Assembly: GCA_029856105.1 (NCBI GenBank)
Contig: JAHQWH010000211.1
Location: forward strand, 1-15,967
Direction: 5' to 3'
DNA length: 15,967 bases
Source of the DNA: Promethearchaeia archaeon
Lineage (GTDB): Archaea; Asgardarchaeota; Lokiarchaeia; Sigyniarchaeales; SOKP01
Below the pieces are notes generated by a model that was not told where the DNA came from, did not search any database, and worked only from the letters and a program-made list of their open reading frames with translations. This document shows, piece by piece, positions 1 through 8,124 of this stretch. The translations under genes were made by a program, and so were the position numbers. The first letter of the stretch is position 1. Each line of letters opens with the position of its first letter.

Positions 1-25
1 CCGGGTTCGATTCCCGGGCGGCGCA
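1..25 (+). tRNA. 3' end of a tRNA, probably tRNA-Gly (anticodon outside window)
   Basis: T-arm CCGGG-TTCGATT-CCCGG (1-17), acceptor 3' strand GCGGCGC (18-24), discriminator A25. CCA is not encoded and a T-rich tract follows. The implied 5' end GCGCCGY with A73 fits archaeal tRNA-Gly, but the identity is inferred. Confidence 0.85.
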
Positions 26-42
26 TTTTCCATTTTTCTTTT
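26..42 (+). terminator. oligo-T terminator after the tRNA
   Basis: TTTTCCATTTTTCTTTT directly after the discriminator base. Confidence 0.5.
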
Positions 43-122
43 AGTATTAAAATATTTTATGAAAGTCAATTTTCGTGAAAGGACTGTTTCACGATCTGTT
101 TCTAAAAATAAAAAAACCTTAG

Positions 123-974
123 CTAAAGAGTTCCAAGAAAATTTGAAACATTTGAAGATTTAGGAACTTCAACCTTGAAATAACTCTCAACGATTTCAAA
201 AAGAAAATCGAGATATTTTAATTGGATTTTTACATTGTGAATTTTAGATATATCTTCAATTATTTTTTTCGAATAAACCTTCTCTTTCTTTTTTAAACCT
301 TTGATTATGTCTACTACCGTTTCAGATAATTCGTAAGCTTTTTGAAGTCCATTTTGTAGATATATTAAACTGGGTATTGGCTCATATTCCTCAAAAAATT
401 TCTGAACCAAAGCTCTTTCTACGCCTAATTTTTTTACGTCAATAATACCATCGTCGTCCTTTATAACGCCCTTACGGTTAAATACAATATAATCGTCATA
501 ACTTTCGCTATTATATTGATCTTCTGAAATGACAACAAGCTCAGTTTTAAAAGAATTTCTAGATATATAATCAAAAAACCTTCGAACATCGTCAAACATA
601 AATTGCTGGTCAAAAATCAAAACGATCTTTCTCTTATGCAATATAGCTCTAATTATGTATGAGATTAATGAAGCAGACAAATTGAGTTTGATTAAACTTA
701 CATTAATTAAATCAAGTTGAGCGGAGGCCTTAGGTTCTATACTTTTTTTGGGAATTATGTCCGGAAGTTCTAATTGGAAATCTGTAATAAATGTGTCTCT
801 CACTATAAAGTTCTTATCTATGTAAGCAACGAAAGAATGCTCACAAACAATTCCTTCCGACACATTTACTGCAAAAACCCCTCTTTTAGCTTTTTCTACC
901 TCGTCTTCAGAAACTTCAATAAAGCCTATACCTGCACATGAGGGGCAACGAACTTCTATTTTCTTCATATTCAA
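123..974 (-). CDS. hypothetical protein with an N-terminal Zn-ribbon (CxxC...CxH) and a possible cDENN-like central domain
   Basis: 283-aa ORF with C10-P-S-C13...C44-E-H46. The segment LIKLNLSASLISYIIRAILHKRKIVLI resembles the DENN core. The start could be Met3 (968). Confidence 0.75.
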   Translation of the reverse strand: MNMKKIEVRCPSCAGIGFIEVSEDEVEKAKRGVFAVNVSEGIVCEHSFVAYIDKNFIVRDTFITDFQLELPDIIPKKSIEPKASAQLDLINVSLIKLNLSASLISYIIRAILHKRKIVLIFDQQFMFDDVRRFFDYISRNSFKTELVVISEDQYNSESYDDYIVFNRKGVIKDDDGIIDVKKLGVERALVQKFFEEYEPIPSLIYLQNGLQKAYELSETVVDIIKGLKKKEKVYSKKIIEDISKIHNVKIQLKYLDFLFEIVESYFKVEVPKSSNVSNFLGTL

Positions 975-1122
975 AAATCTTAACGATCGTGATATAATTT
1001 AAAAGTTCCGATTAAATACGAACTGTAACTAACTTTTAATCAATTTAGTATTTAAATTTTAACTGAGTTAGTAAAATAAAAATGTTAATTTATATACAGT
1101 TTTGTATAATTCTAATTTTTTT

Positions 1123-1602
1123 TTAAAATCTTTGTATTTTTGCGTATTTTTTCTCAATAAAATTAGCTAATAGTAAGGAAATTAATGTGGCTAAATTCTC
1201 CGCAATTAAAAATGACATGATATTGTTTAAGAAAACATAACATATACCATATGTACTAAAAAATATAATAGTAAAAATAGGGAAAGTTATAATTAAAGGT
1301 CTCACAATTGGAAAATACAAGAATTTTTGAATTTTCGAAAGGTTTTGTTTCGACTTACTAAATTGAGTTTTTAATATTTTCCTTTTTTCGACTTGAGCAA
1401 ACGATTCAAAAATAATAATCACGCCAAAAAATAAGGCTATTGTCGCTCCAATAGGGATTAGGATAACAATAAGATGATTACCTACGCCTAAAAAGTATTG
1501 AGCTACAAATATAAAAAATACCTGGAAAAGCCCACAAGCACCGAATAGCATAAAAGCAATCGAAATATATTCCTTAGATGACCAGCGAAATTTTATTGGC
1601 AT
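1123..1602 (-). CDS. hypothetical 4-TM membrane protein
   Basis: 159-aa ORF with two hydrophobic hairpins separated by a basic loop (EKRKILKTQFSKSKQ). Confidence 0.75.
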   Translation of the reverse strand: MPIKFRWSSKEYISIAFMLFGACGLFQVFFIFVAQYFLGVGNHLIVILIPIGATIALFFGVIIIFESFAQVEKRKILKTQFSKSKQNLSKIQKFLYFPIVRPLIITFPIFTIIFFSTYGICYVFLNNIMSFLIAENLATLISLLLANFIEKKYAKIQRF

Positions 1603-1627
1603 TTTAATCTAACTCTTTTCTGTAATT

Positions 1628-1702
1628 TGGTGGGCCAAGGGAGGATTGAACTCCCGACCTTCCGCACGTCAAGCGGACGTCATACCACTAGACCATTGGC
1701 CC
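1628..1702 (-). tRNA. tRNA-Val(GAC), intronless, CCA encoded
   Basis: Reverse complement GGGCCAA TG GTCTAGTGGTATGAC G TCCGC-TT-GAC-GT-GCGGA AGGTC GGGAG-TTCAATC-CTCCC TTGGCCC A CCA folds into a full 75-nt cloverleaf. Confidence 0.97.
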
Positions 1703-1836
1703 GTGTTTAATTTTAATATAAAAAATACTAAACTTAGAGATATGTATTTTATATTATTAAAAAATAAATATTTTATTAAATTTGCTGAAGCTTAGCATTA
1801 TTAATTTAATATTAGAAAGAATTCACTTCTTGGTTT

Positions 1837-1859
1837 AAAAAAAAAGTAAGTAAAAAAAA
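1837..1859 (-). terminator. oligo-T terminator of pgk
   Basis: Two A tracts on + (1837-1845, 1852-1859), i.e. T8 and T9 on -, just past the pgk stop. Confidence 0.5.
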
Positions 1860-1876
1860 TTAAATAAAGTATTTTT

Positions 1877-3094
1877 TTATGGTTTTTTTTCTCTTAAAGC
1901 TCTTACCATTGGTACATCCTTTCCTGATAATATTTCTAACAATGCGCCTCCACCAGTAGAAATAAATGAAACATCTTTTGCGTATCCCGACATTTCTGCT
2001 GCAGTTCCCATTTCGCCGCCTCCAATTACGGCAAGCGCACCCCCTGTTTTAGCCGCTTCAGCCATTGCTTCAACCATATCAAAGGTTCCTTTTCTAAACA
2101 CTTCTTTTTCAAATATTCCTGGTGGACCGTTAGCGATGATAGTTTTAGCTTTAATGATTATACTTTTGAATTCTTCCGTAGTTTTAGGGCCAATATCACC
2201 AGTTACGGCATTATATTTTTTTAATTCGTCGATATTAATTGCTTTTCTGTTGCCATTATCGTCAATTACTAAGTCTTTTGGTAAAATAATTTTTTCTTTG
2301 AATTTTTCGTATGTTTCCTTGATGTCCTCTTTTGCCTTGTCTAAATCTTTTGCTATTGCCGCCTTATTAGGTTCCCCAGTTTCGATTCCTATAGCTTCCA
2401 TAATTAAGATTGCCGTTAAACCGGAGCAAAGTGCGTAATCAAGTTTTTCGTTTTCAAAATTAAATTTCATAGCTTTAAATTTATCTATTGCTTTAGCCCC
2501 TCCAATAAGCATGACCATAGGTTTTTCAGGGCTTTCTATTATTTTATTCATATATTTAAATTCCTTAACTGTCGTAGGACCTGCAAGTAAGGTAGGCCAT
2601 CCAATTATCGAAGGTTGTGCTCTATGGGCCGCACCAAACGCATCTGCGATAAAATAATCGAATAATGGCGCAAGAGTTTGAATCATTTCTAATTCTTCAG
2701 CTTCGGAGAAATCTTTAAATTGTTTAGTTTCAAGTTCCCAGGTTCGCACATTATTAAGAACTAAAACTTCGCCTATTTTGAGATCTTTTATTGCTTGAAT
2801 TGCTTTTTCTCCAAAAACATCTTCTACATATTTTACAGGACGATCTAACAATTTTCGTATTTCTTCGGCATGCATTTCCAAAGAAGTAAAATCTTTAGCT
2901 CCTGGGCGAGATTGGTGTGCCATAATTACCACTGCACTGTCTTTTAATTCTTCTAATGACGGAATTAAAGCGTGAATACGAGGTGATTCGCGAATTCTAT
3001 TGTTTTCAACGTCGATATTAGAGTTGATATCGACTCTCATCAAAACTTTTTTTCCTTTTAAATCAACATCTTTATACGATTTATAATCAAACAT
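1877..3094 (-). CDS. pgk: phosphoglycerate kinase (archaeal type)
   Basis: Motifs RVDINS, AHQSRPG, DAFGAAHRAQPS, GGAK, NGPPGIFE, GGGE, STGGGA; 405 aa. Confidence 0.97.
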   Translation of the reverse strand: MFDYKSYKDVDLKGKKVLMRVDINSNIDVENNRIRESPRIHALIPSLEELKDSAVVIMAHQSRPGAKDFTSLEMHAEEIRKLLDRPVKYVEDVFGEKAIQAIKDLKIGEVLVLNNVRTWELETKQFKDFSEAEELEMIQTLAPLFDYFIADAFGAAHRAQPSIIGWPTLLAGPTTVKEFKYMNKIIESPEKPMVMLIGGAKAIDKFKAMKFNFENEKLDYALCSGLTAILIMEAIGIETGEPNKAAIAKDLDKAKEDIKETYEKFKEKIILPKDLVIDDNGNRKAINIDELKKYNAVTGDIGPKTTEEFKSIIIKAKTIIANGPPGIFEKEVFRKGTFDMVEAMAEAAKTGGALAVIGGGEMGTAAEMSGYAKDVSFISTGGGALLEILSGKDVPMVRALREKKP

Positions 3095-3116
3095 TTAAAA
3101 CCACTTTTAATGGATA

Positions 3117-3124
3117 TATTTATA
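3117..3124 (-). promoter_or_regulatory. putative TATA box of pgk (near-leaderless transcript)
   Basis: TATAAATA on -, ending about 22 nt upstream of the ATG at 3094. Confidence 0.45.
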
Positions 3125-3331
3125 GTATTGATTAATATCAAAAAAAGTTTGATTAGTTAATATTGTTTTTTAAAAACGAATTTTTTATTCTTATACTTAA
3201 ATAAAATCCTCATAATGAAATATTAAGACAAATCCATTGGAGCTATGTTTTTAAATTTATTAAGACCAAAAGATTCTATTTATAGTATAAATTATTATGA
3301 ACTGAATATTTGAAACATTTTAAATTGGTGA

Positions 3332-4117
3332 ATGAGTGTGGATGAGATTAGAGATATTTTAAATAAACTGCTTGATAAGAAGTGTTCTATTGAAGAGGCA
3401 GAAAAAATGTTGAAGGCTAATACTATCGAAGAAGTTGGAGATTTGGCTAAATTAGATGTCTTCAGAAAGTTACGCACTGGCGTTGTTGAGGTTATTTATG
3501 CGGAAAACAAAACACCTCAAATGATTATAGAAATAATTTATTCATTCTTAAAGAAAAACAAATTTGTTATTGTATCAAGGTATAAAGACGAGCAAAAGGC
3601 TTTAATTTCTAAAGAATTTGGTGTTAAAGAGGAATTATCGTTAGTTGTTAACGAGTTGGCTAAAACCGTAATAGTAAAAGAAAAAGATTTCAAATTTAAA
3701 AAGAAAGGTGGAAGAATTGGCATAATTTCAGCCGGAAGTTCAGATATCCCTATTGCTGAGGAAGCTAAAGTAATTGCAGAATCAATGGGATGTGAAATCT
3801 TTACTAGCTACGATTTAGGAATTGCTGGCATTCATCGTCTTTTTAAACCTCTCAGTGAAATGATTAAAGAAGATATTCACATAGTAGTTGTATGCGCAGG
3901 GATGGAAGGAACCTTGCCTGGAATAGTTGCAGCTCTCGTTGATATTCCCGTAATAGGCGTTCCCATATCTAGTGGATACGGTCTAGGAGAAAAAGGTATT
4001 GGTGCTTTAACAACGATGCTTCAATCGTGCTCACCAGGATTATTAGTAGTCAATATTGACAATGGGTTTGGAGCAGGAGCTTCTGCTGCTTTAATAGCTA
4101 ATAGAATCGCAAAATAA
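3332..4117 (+). CDS. larB: nickel pincer cofactor biosynthesis carboxylase/hydrolase LarB (PurE-like fold)
   Basis: AKLDxxRxxRTGxxEVIYAENK, SAGSSDIPIAEEA, YDLGIAGIHRL, AGMEGTLP, PVIGVPISSGYG, MLQSCSPG, VVNIDNGFGAG. Confidence 0.93.
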   Translation: MSVDEIRDILNKLLDKKCSIEEAEKMLKANTIEEVGDLAKLDVFRKLRTGVVEVIYAENKTPQMIIEIIYSFLKKNKFVIVSRYKDEQKALISKEFGVKEELSLVVNELAKTVIVKEKDFKFKKKGGRIGIISAGSSDIPIAEEAKVIAESMGCEIFTSYDLGIAGIHRLFKPLSEMIKEDIHIVVVCAGMEGTLPGIVAALVDIPVIGVPISSGYGLGEKGIGALTTMLQSCSPGLLVVNIDNGFGAGASAALIANRIAK

Positions 4118-4235
4118 TTCCTTAAAAAATTAAGGAAGATCAGTCCTAACGAGAAAAGTATATATATATCAAAAATAAAGATTTTGCATAACTAAAATAA
4201 AAATTTAAAAAATTATAATAAAAAAGTGTATTAAG

Positions 4236-4898
4236 ATGGCACCTACAGACGCTTCTCTTGAAGCTTTATCTAAATTAAGACAGTTAAATCCCTTAACTGG
4301 ATGGTATATAATCCCGATTTTAGCAATTGTTTTATATATTTATGGCGTTGAAATTAAAAAAGCGAGAGAAACGAAAAATTGGAACACAGTATTTGCTGGT
4401 TTGACGGTATTAGGCTTAGATCTAATTAACGAGATTTGGAACGCTTTAGTTTTTGCTTTCAGTAATTACTCAGCATTTTGGACTACGCCAAGTGCAAGTG
4501 CCTATATTATTTTAATAGGTTGGAACTTAGAAATCGCTTTTATGTTTTCTATAGCAGGCATAACCTTTGCTAAATTTTTACCTGACGATAAAAACAAGAA
4601 GATGCTAGGGCTTCCTAATCGATGGGCGATGGCTATTGGATTTTCATTATTTTGTGTCATTGTCGAGATCTTTCTAAATTGGGGAAATTACTTAATTTGG
4701 GAATATGTTTGGTGGAATTGGTATAATCCCGTTTTAATTTTCTTAATTGGATATTTCCATTTCTTCGTTGGCGCTTTTTACGTCTACGACCTTCCAGAAT
4801 TAAAGGATAAGATTAAAATAGTTGGGATTATTTATGGAATTGGCATAGCTCTTTTATGCATTTTCGGACCCTTACTCGGACCATTAGGAATATTTTAA
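4236..4898 (+). CDS. polytopic membrane protein of unknown function (about 6-7 TM, Trp-rich)
   Basis: 220-aa hydrophobic ORF with intramembrane acidic residues (DLINEIWN, WNLEIAFMF, VEIFLN). Confidence 0.8.
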   Translation: MAPTDASLEALSKLRQLNPLTGWYIIPILAIVLYIYGVEIKKARETKNWNTVFAGLTVLGLDLINEIWNALVFAFSNYSAFWTTPSASAYIILIGWNLEIAFMFSIAGITFAKFLPDDKNKKMLGLPNRWAMAIGFSLFCVIVEIFLNWGNYLIWEYVWWNWYNPVLIFLIGYFHFFVGAFYVYDLPELKDKIKIVGIIYGIGIALLCIFGPLLGPLGIF

Positions 4899-4913
4899 AA
4901 AATTATAAACACC

Positions 4914-4923
4914 TTTTTTTTTT
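4914..4923 (+). terminator. oligo-T terminator
   Basis: T10 run 15 nt after the stop at 4898. Confidence 0.5.
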
Positions 4924-5242
4924 ATAGAAAATCGTAGAAGTTTTGATATTTAATTCAAACGCGCTTACTAAATCTATTTTTGACTATCCTAAGTTATTTA
5001 TATAGACATCCATTTGAACAATTTTTTAATGAGTGTATCGAATATCTTTAAATAAAATTTTTACCCAAATCAATTTCCAAAATCAAATTTTATCCAAATT
5101 GAGAATATTAAAATTCTATTGGTTTTTTAATATTCCTATATCTTTTTCTTCGAACCTAAAGATATATATAGATAGTGCAATATAATTAATATTGAAATTA
5201 CTAATTCTTAAAAATCTAAAAAAAAAATAAATTACCATGTAG

Positions 5243-5788
5243 TTGAGACTTAAAGTGGTCGCAACACCCGATAATATTCAGAAGTCTAAAGAATTTTTTG
5301 AAAATGGCGATATCATTAATTCTTTGATAAGTTTTAATGAAACAATTGAGCATTACGATAGTAAGAAGGGCAATAATAAAGAAGAATTAATTCAATTTTT
5401 AAATAATATTTTACAATATTGCAAGGATAATAATCTGCAAAACGAAGAAGCTATGGTTTTAAGGACTTTAGGAAGAACACACACTAAGTTTAAAGATCAC
5501 GTAAAAGGTTTAAAATATTCTTATCAAGCATTAAAAATTCAAAAGAAATTAGGTAAGAAGTTAGATGTAGCCGAAAGTTTAGTATTTTTGGCAGAAGACC
5601 TTGAAGTTTCTGGAAATTACGAAGAAGTTATAAAATGCTTTAATGAAGCTGCGGATTTATTCTATGAATTGGGGGAACCAGAGAAAGAAGGCGCTGTAAG
5701 ACTTGAAATTAAACGCTTAAAAGACTTTTCTAAGCAAATGGTTGACGATGAGTATTTCTTAAACAAATACCAAGTAGATAAATATTAA
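5243..5788 (+). CDS. tetratricopeptide repeat protein (long-repeat, TPR_12-like)
   Basis: Helical repeats EAMVLRTLGRTH...GLKYSYQALKIQKKLG and AESLVFLAEDLEVSGNYEEVIKCFNEAADLFYELG. The start is uncertain (TTG 5243 or GTG 5255). Confidence 0.82.
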   Translation: MRLKVVATPDNIQKSKEFFENGDIINSLISFNETIEHYDSKKGNNKEELIQFLNNILQYCKDNNLQNEEAMVLRTLGRTHTKFKDHVKGLKYSYQALKIQKKLGKKLDVAESLVFLAEDLEVSGNYEEVIKCFNEAADLFYELGEPEKEGAVRLEIKRLKDFSKQMVDDEYFLNKYQVDKY

Positions 5789-5825
5789 AATAAGAATGAT
5801 ACGGTCATTTAAATAAAAAGATTTC

Positions 5826-5835
5826 TTTTTTTTTT
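5826..5835 (+). terminator. oligo-T terminator of the TPR gene
   Basis: T10 run in the gap between the convergent TPR gene and larC. Confidence 0.45.
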
Positions 5836-5858
5836 CTTTAATTTTTTGGGTTTACTAG

Positions 5859-7154
5859 TTATAATGTTTTTTTACTGTTTTCAAAATGTTTTTTTATCTC
5901 AGATTGACAATAGAATAATATCTCTTTGATAGATAAAGTGCTTTCTTTGCTTATTCTCTTAAGATCTTCAAATTCCGGTTTTACATTAATTACATTAATT
6001 TCATCATTCATTTTAATGTAAGATATTTTAAAATTTAGCTCGTAAGTTTTATTCTTTATATCAATTTTACTCTTTTCAAATTTGCGATCAACGCATACTC
6101 GCTTAATTGTATAAAACCTTATCCCTAATGTGCCTAACTCGTTAATTATTTTATGCATTATTTCAAAACTACTTTGAGGATGACATAATATTTTAATAAC
6201 GTGACTAGGTCTATTTTTTTTAGTTACACTAGGTAAAACTTGGATATCAAGAATATTTTCATTTTCCATAGTATTGATAAAGTTTCCTAACATTTCCCCT
6301 GATATATCATCAACATCCGTTTCTAAAACAGCTACTTCTTCAACATATTTTTGTAATGGGTGTATATTTGGGGTGCTAATTGTCTCTTCGTTCTCGCCAT
6401 ATATTAACCGAAGAACATTTGAGAAGTTATTAAACTTTTTTTGCCCAGTACTATATGTTACTTTTAATATTTTCATCTGGTTCGTAAATTGAACCAATTT
6501 TGGATTTAGGTTAACCAAAAGTGCAGCACCTGTAGGTGTTACTAGTTCATTTTCGATAGGACCTCCGAATACTGCTAGTTCGGACAGTTCTAAAATTTTA
6601 GCTGTTGCTGGAGCTGGTACAGGCAAAATTCCGTGCGCAGTTTTTATACTACCACCTCCAAGCGGAACCTTACTGTAATAATATTCAAAACTGTCGTTAA
6701 AACCCCCTAATTTATCTAATGCTTTAGTTACTCCTAAAATATCAATTAAAGTATCTACAGAGCTTAATTCGTGTAGGTGAATATTTTCAACTAAATCTCC
6801 ATGAACTTCTGCTTCTGCTTCGAATAATGTGTTTAATACTTTTTTAGCGTATATTTTTGCTGGCTCAGAGAAGTTTTTTTCAAATAGAAATCGTTCCAGT
6901 GCGTTGTAAAGTGCCTTAGAAGTTCTATGGTTTTTAGATTCTTTGATAGCTAATTTAAGTTGATTAACAACGACTCCCATTCTTTTAACTTTTGTTAATT
7001 CAAGTTCGATATGGGAAACCCCTTTTAAGAAGTGCTTTAATTCTTTTAAATCAGCTATAATTTCGTTTGAATCGGATATTAAACTTAAAAGGGATGCCAA
7101 GAGCATATCTCCCGAGATTCCTGAATTAACTGTATCAATATATAAAGACTTCAT
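5859..7154 (-). CDS. larC: nickel pincer cofactor nickel insertase LarC (single fused ORF)
   Basis: SGISGDM, AEAEVHG, HLHELSSVDTLIDI, TAHGILPVPAPAT, ELVTPTGAA, ETDVDDISGE, KKNRP, TLGIR, KPEFEDL. No frameshift and no His-rich tract. Confidence 0.95.
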   Translation of the reverse strand: MKSLYIDTVNSGISGDMLLASLLSLISDSNEIIADLKELKHFLKGVSHIELELTKVKRMGVVVNQLKLAIKESKNHRTSKALYNALERFLFEKNFSEPAKIYAKKVLNTLFEAEAEVHGDLVENIHLHELSSVDTLIDILGVTKALDKLGGFNDSFEYYYSKVPLGGGSIKTAHGILPVPAPATAKILELSELAVFGGPIENELVTPTGAALLVNLNPKLVQFTNQMKILKVTYSTGQKKFNNFSNVLRLIYGENEETISTPNIHPLQKYVEEVAVLETDVDDISGEMLGNFINTMENENILDIQVLPSVTKKNRPSHVIKILCHPQSSFEIMHKIINELGTLGIRFYTIKRVCVDRKFEKSKIDIKNKTYELNFKISYIKMNDEINVINVKPEFEDLKRISKESTLSIKEILFYCQSEIKKHFENSKKTL

Positions 7155-7359
7155 TTCATATTTTCTCTTACTTTTAAAAGTAGGTAAATTTAAACCTAAT
7201 ACTTAAAAAATATTACTATACTAAAAATAATAAACCGTCATTATTTTATAATAAATTGTAATTAATTTCAATTTAAAAATTTTAAATTTAAGAATAGATT
7301 TTTATTATTTATCACATGAAATTTGTCCATAAGTTATTGAAAGAGTTGAAAAAAGCGTT

Positions 7360-8094
7360 ATGAGTGAACTACAAACTATAAAGTGTTACTTAAATCAGTT
7401 ACCAGCAACACTTCTAAAATTATTAGGAATTGCCCCTCCACTCGGTACTATTCCAGAACCCGTCCAATCTGTTATCGATCTCTATCAAGGCGTTGAAAGG
7501 ATCAGTATAAACATTATTGATAATTTTGGTTTATTCGAACTCACATATCATAAACCACAATTTATGATTACTAATTCTCAAGCGATGTTACTTCTCTCTA
7601 CTAAAAATCCTTACACTTTAGGTGTTTTGCATCAAATTATGTACGGTGGTTTTGATCCTGAACCCAACGGTTTTCATTTGTTAAAATATCTAAATGAGCG
7701 CGGAAAAAAGACTTGTTTTATCGGAAGGAAAAAAGATATAGAAAGGTACGATGGTGGGACTCATTCAGTCCCAAAAGAAACTGACATGAGTACATGGGTG
7801 GAATCTGCAAAAATAATTAATAATTTTGAGCTTTCTTGGATGCATTATTTGGATTTTGAAAATCTCCATAAACAACAACAAGCACTTAAACAAAGAACAC
7901 CTGAGGATTTAATTGATAAACTGATTTTGCGTACTGATAAGTGGATTTTAGGCAATTACAAACAGCTTAGAAATAATTCCTTGATGATAATATTAGGAGA
8001 TCATGGTAGAGTGAAACTAAATTTAGAATACTCTGGTAAAATTGCTCAATGGCGAGAAGCAAGCGTCCCAATAGCTATTTTAATAAAAAAATAA
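7360..8094 (+). CDS. alkaline phosphatase superfamily protein (nucleotide pyrophosphatase/PglZ-like), divergent
   Basis: IID54NFG, PYT86, YLDFE167NLH170, ILGD214H215G, C-terminal EASVP, N-terminal LNQLPATLLKLLGI. Confidence 0.7.
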   Translation: MSELQTIKCYLNQLPATLLKLLGIAPPLGTIPEPVQSVIDLYQGVERISINIIDNFGLFELTYHKPQFMITNSQAMLLLSTKNPYTLGVLHQIMYGGFDPEPNGFHLLKYLNERGKKTCFIGRKKDIERYDGGTHSVPKETDMSTWVESAKIINNFELSWMHYLDFENLHKQQQALKQRTPEDLIDKLILRTDKWILGNYKQLRNNSLMIILGDHGRVKLNLEYSGKIAQWREASVPIAILIKK

Positions 8095-8124
8095 TTCATT
8101 ATTATTAAAAAAAGAATATTAAAG

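Noticed and set aside
1-1702. Two convergent tRNAs flanking two hypothetical genes as an integrated islet
   Set aside because: No integrase, no duplicated tRNA 3' end and no evident compositional shift.
2136-2438. 100-aa ORF on +
   Set aside because: Antisense shadow of pgk.
3117-3288. Direct repeat TATTTATAGTAT at 3117 and 3277
   Set aside because: Both copies are explained as TATA-like elements in the AT-rich divergent pgk/larB promoter region.
3295-3723. 60- and 61-aa ORFs on -
   Set aside because: Antisense shadows of larB.
6274-6492. 72-aa ORF on +
   Set aside because: Antisense to larC.
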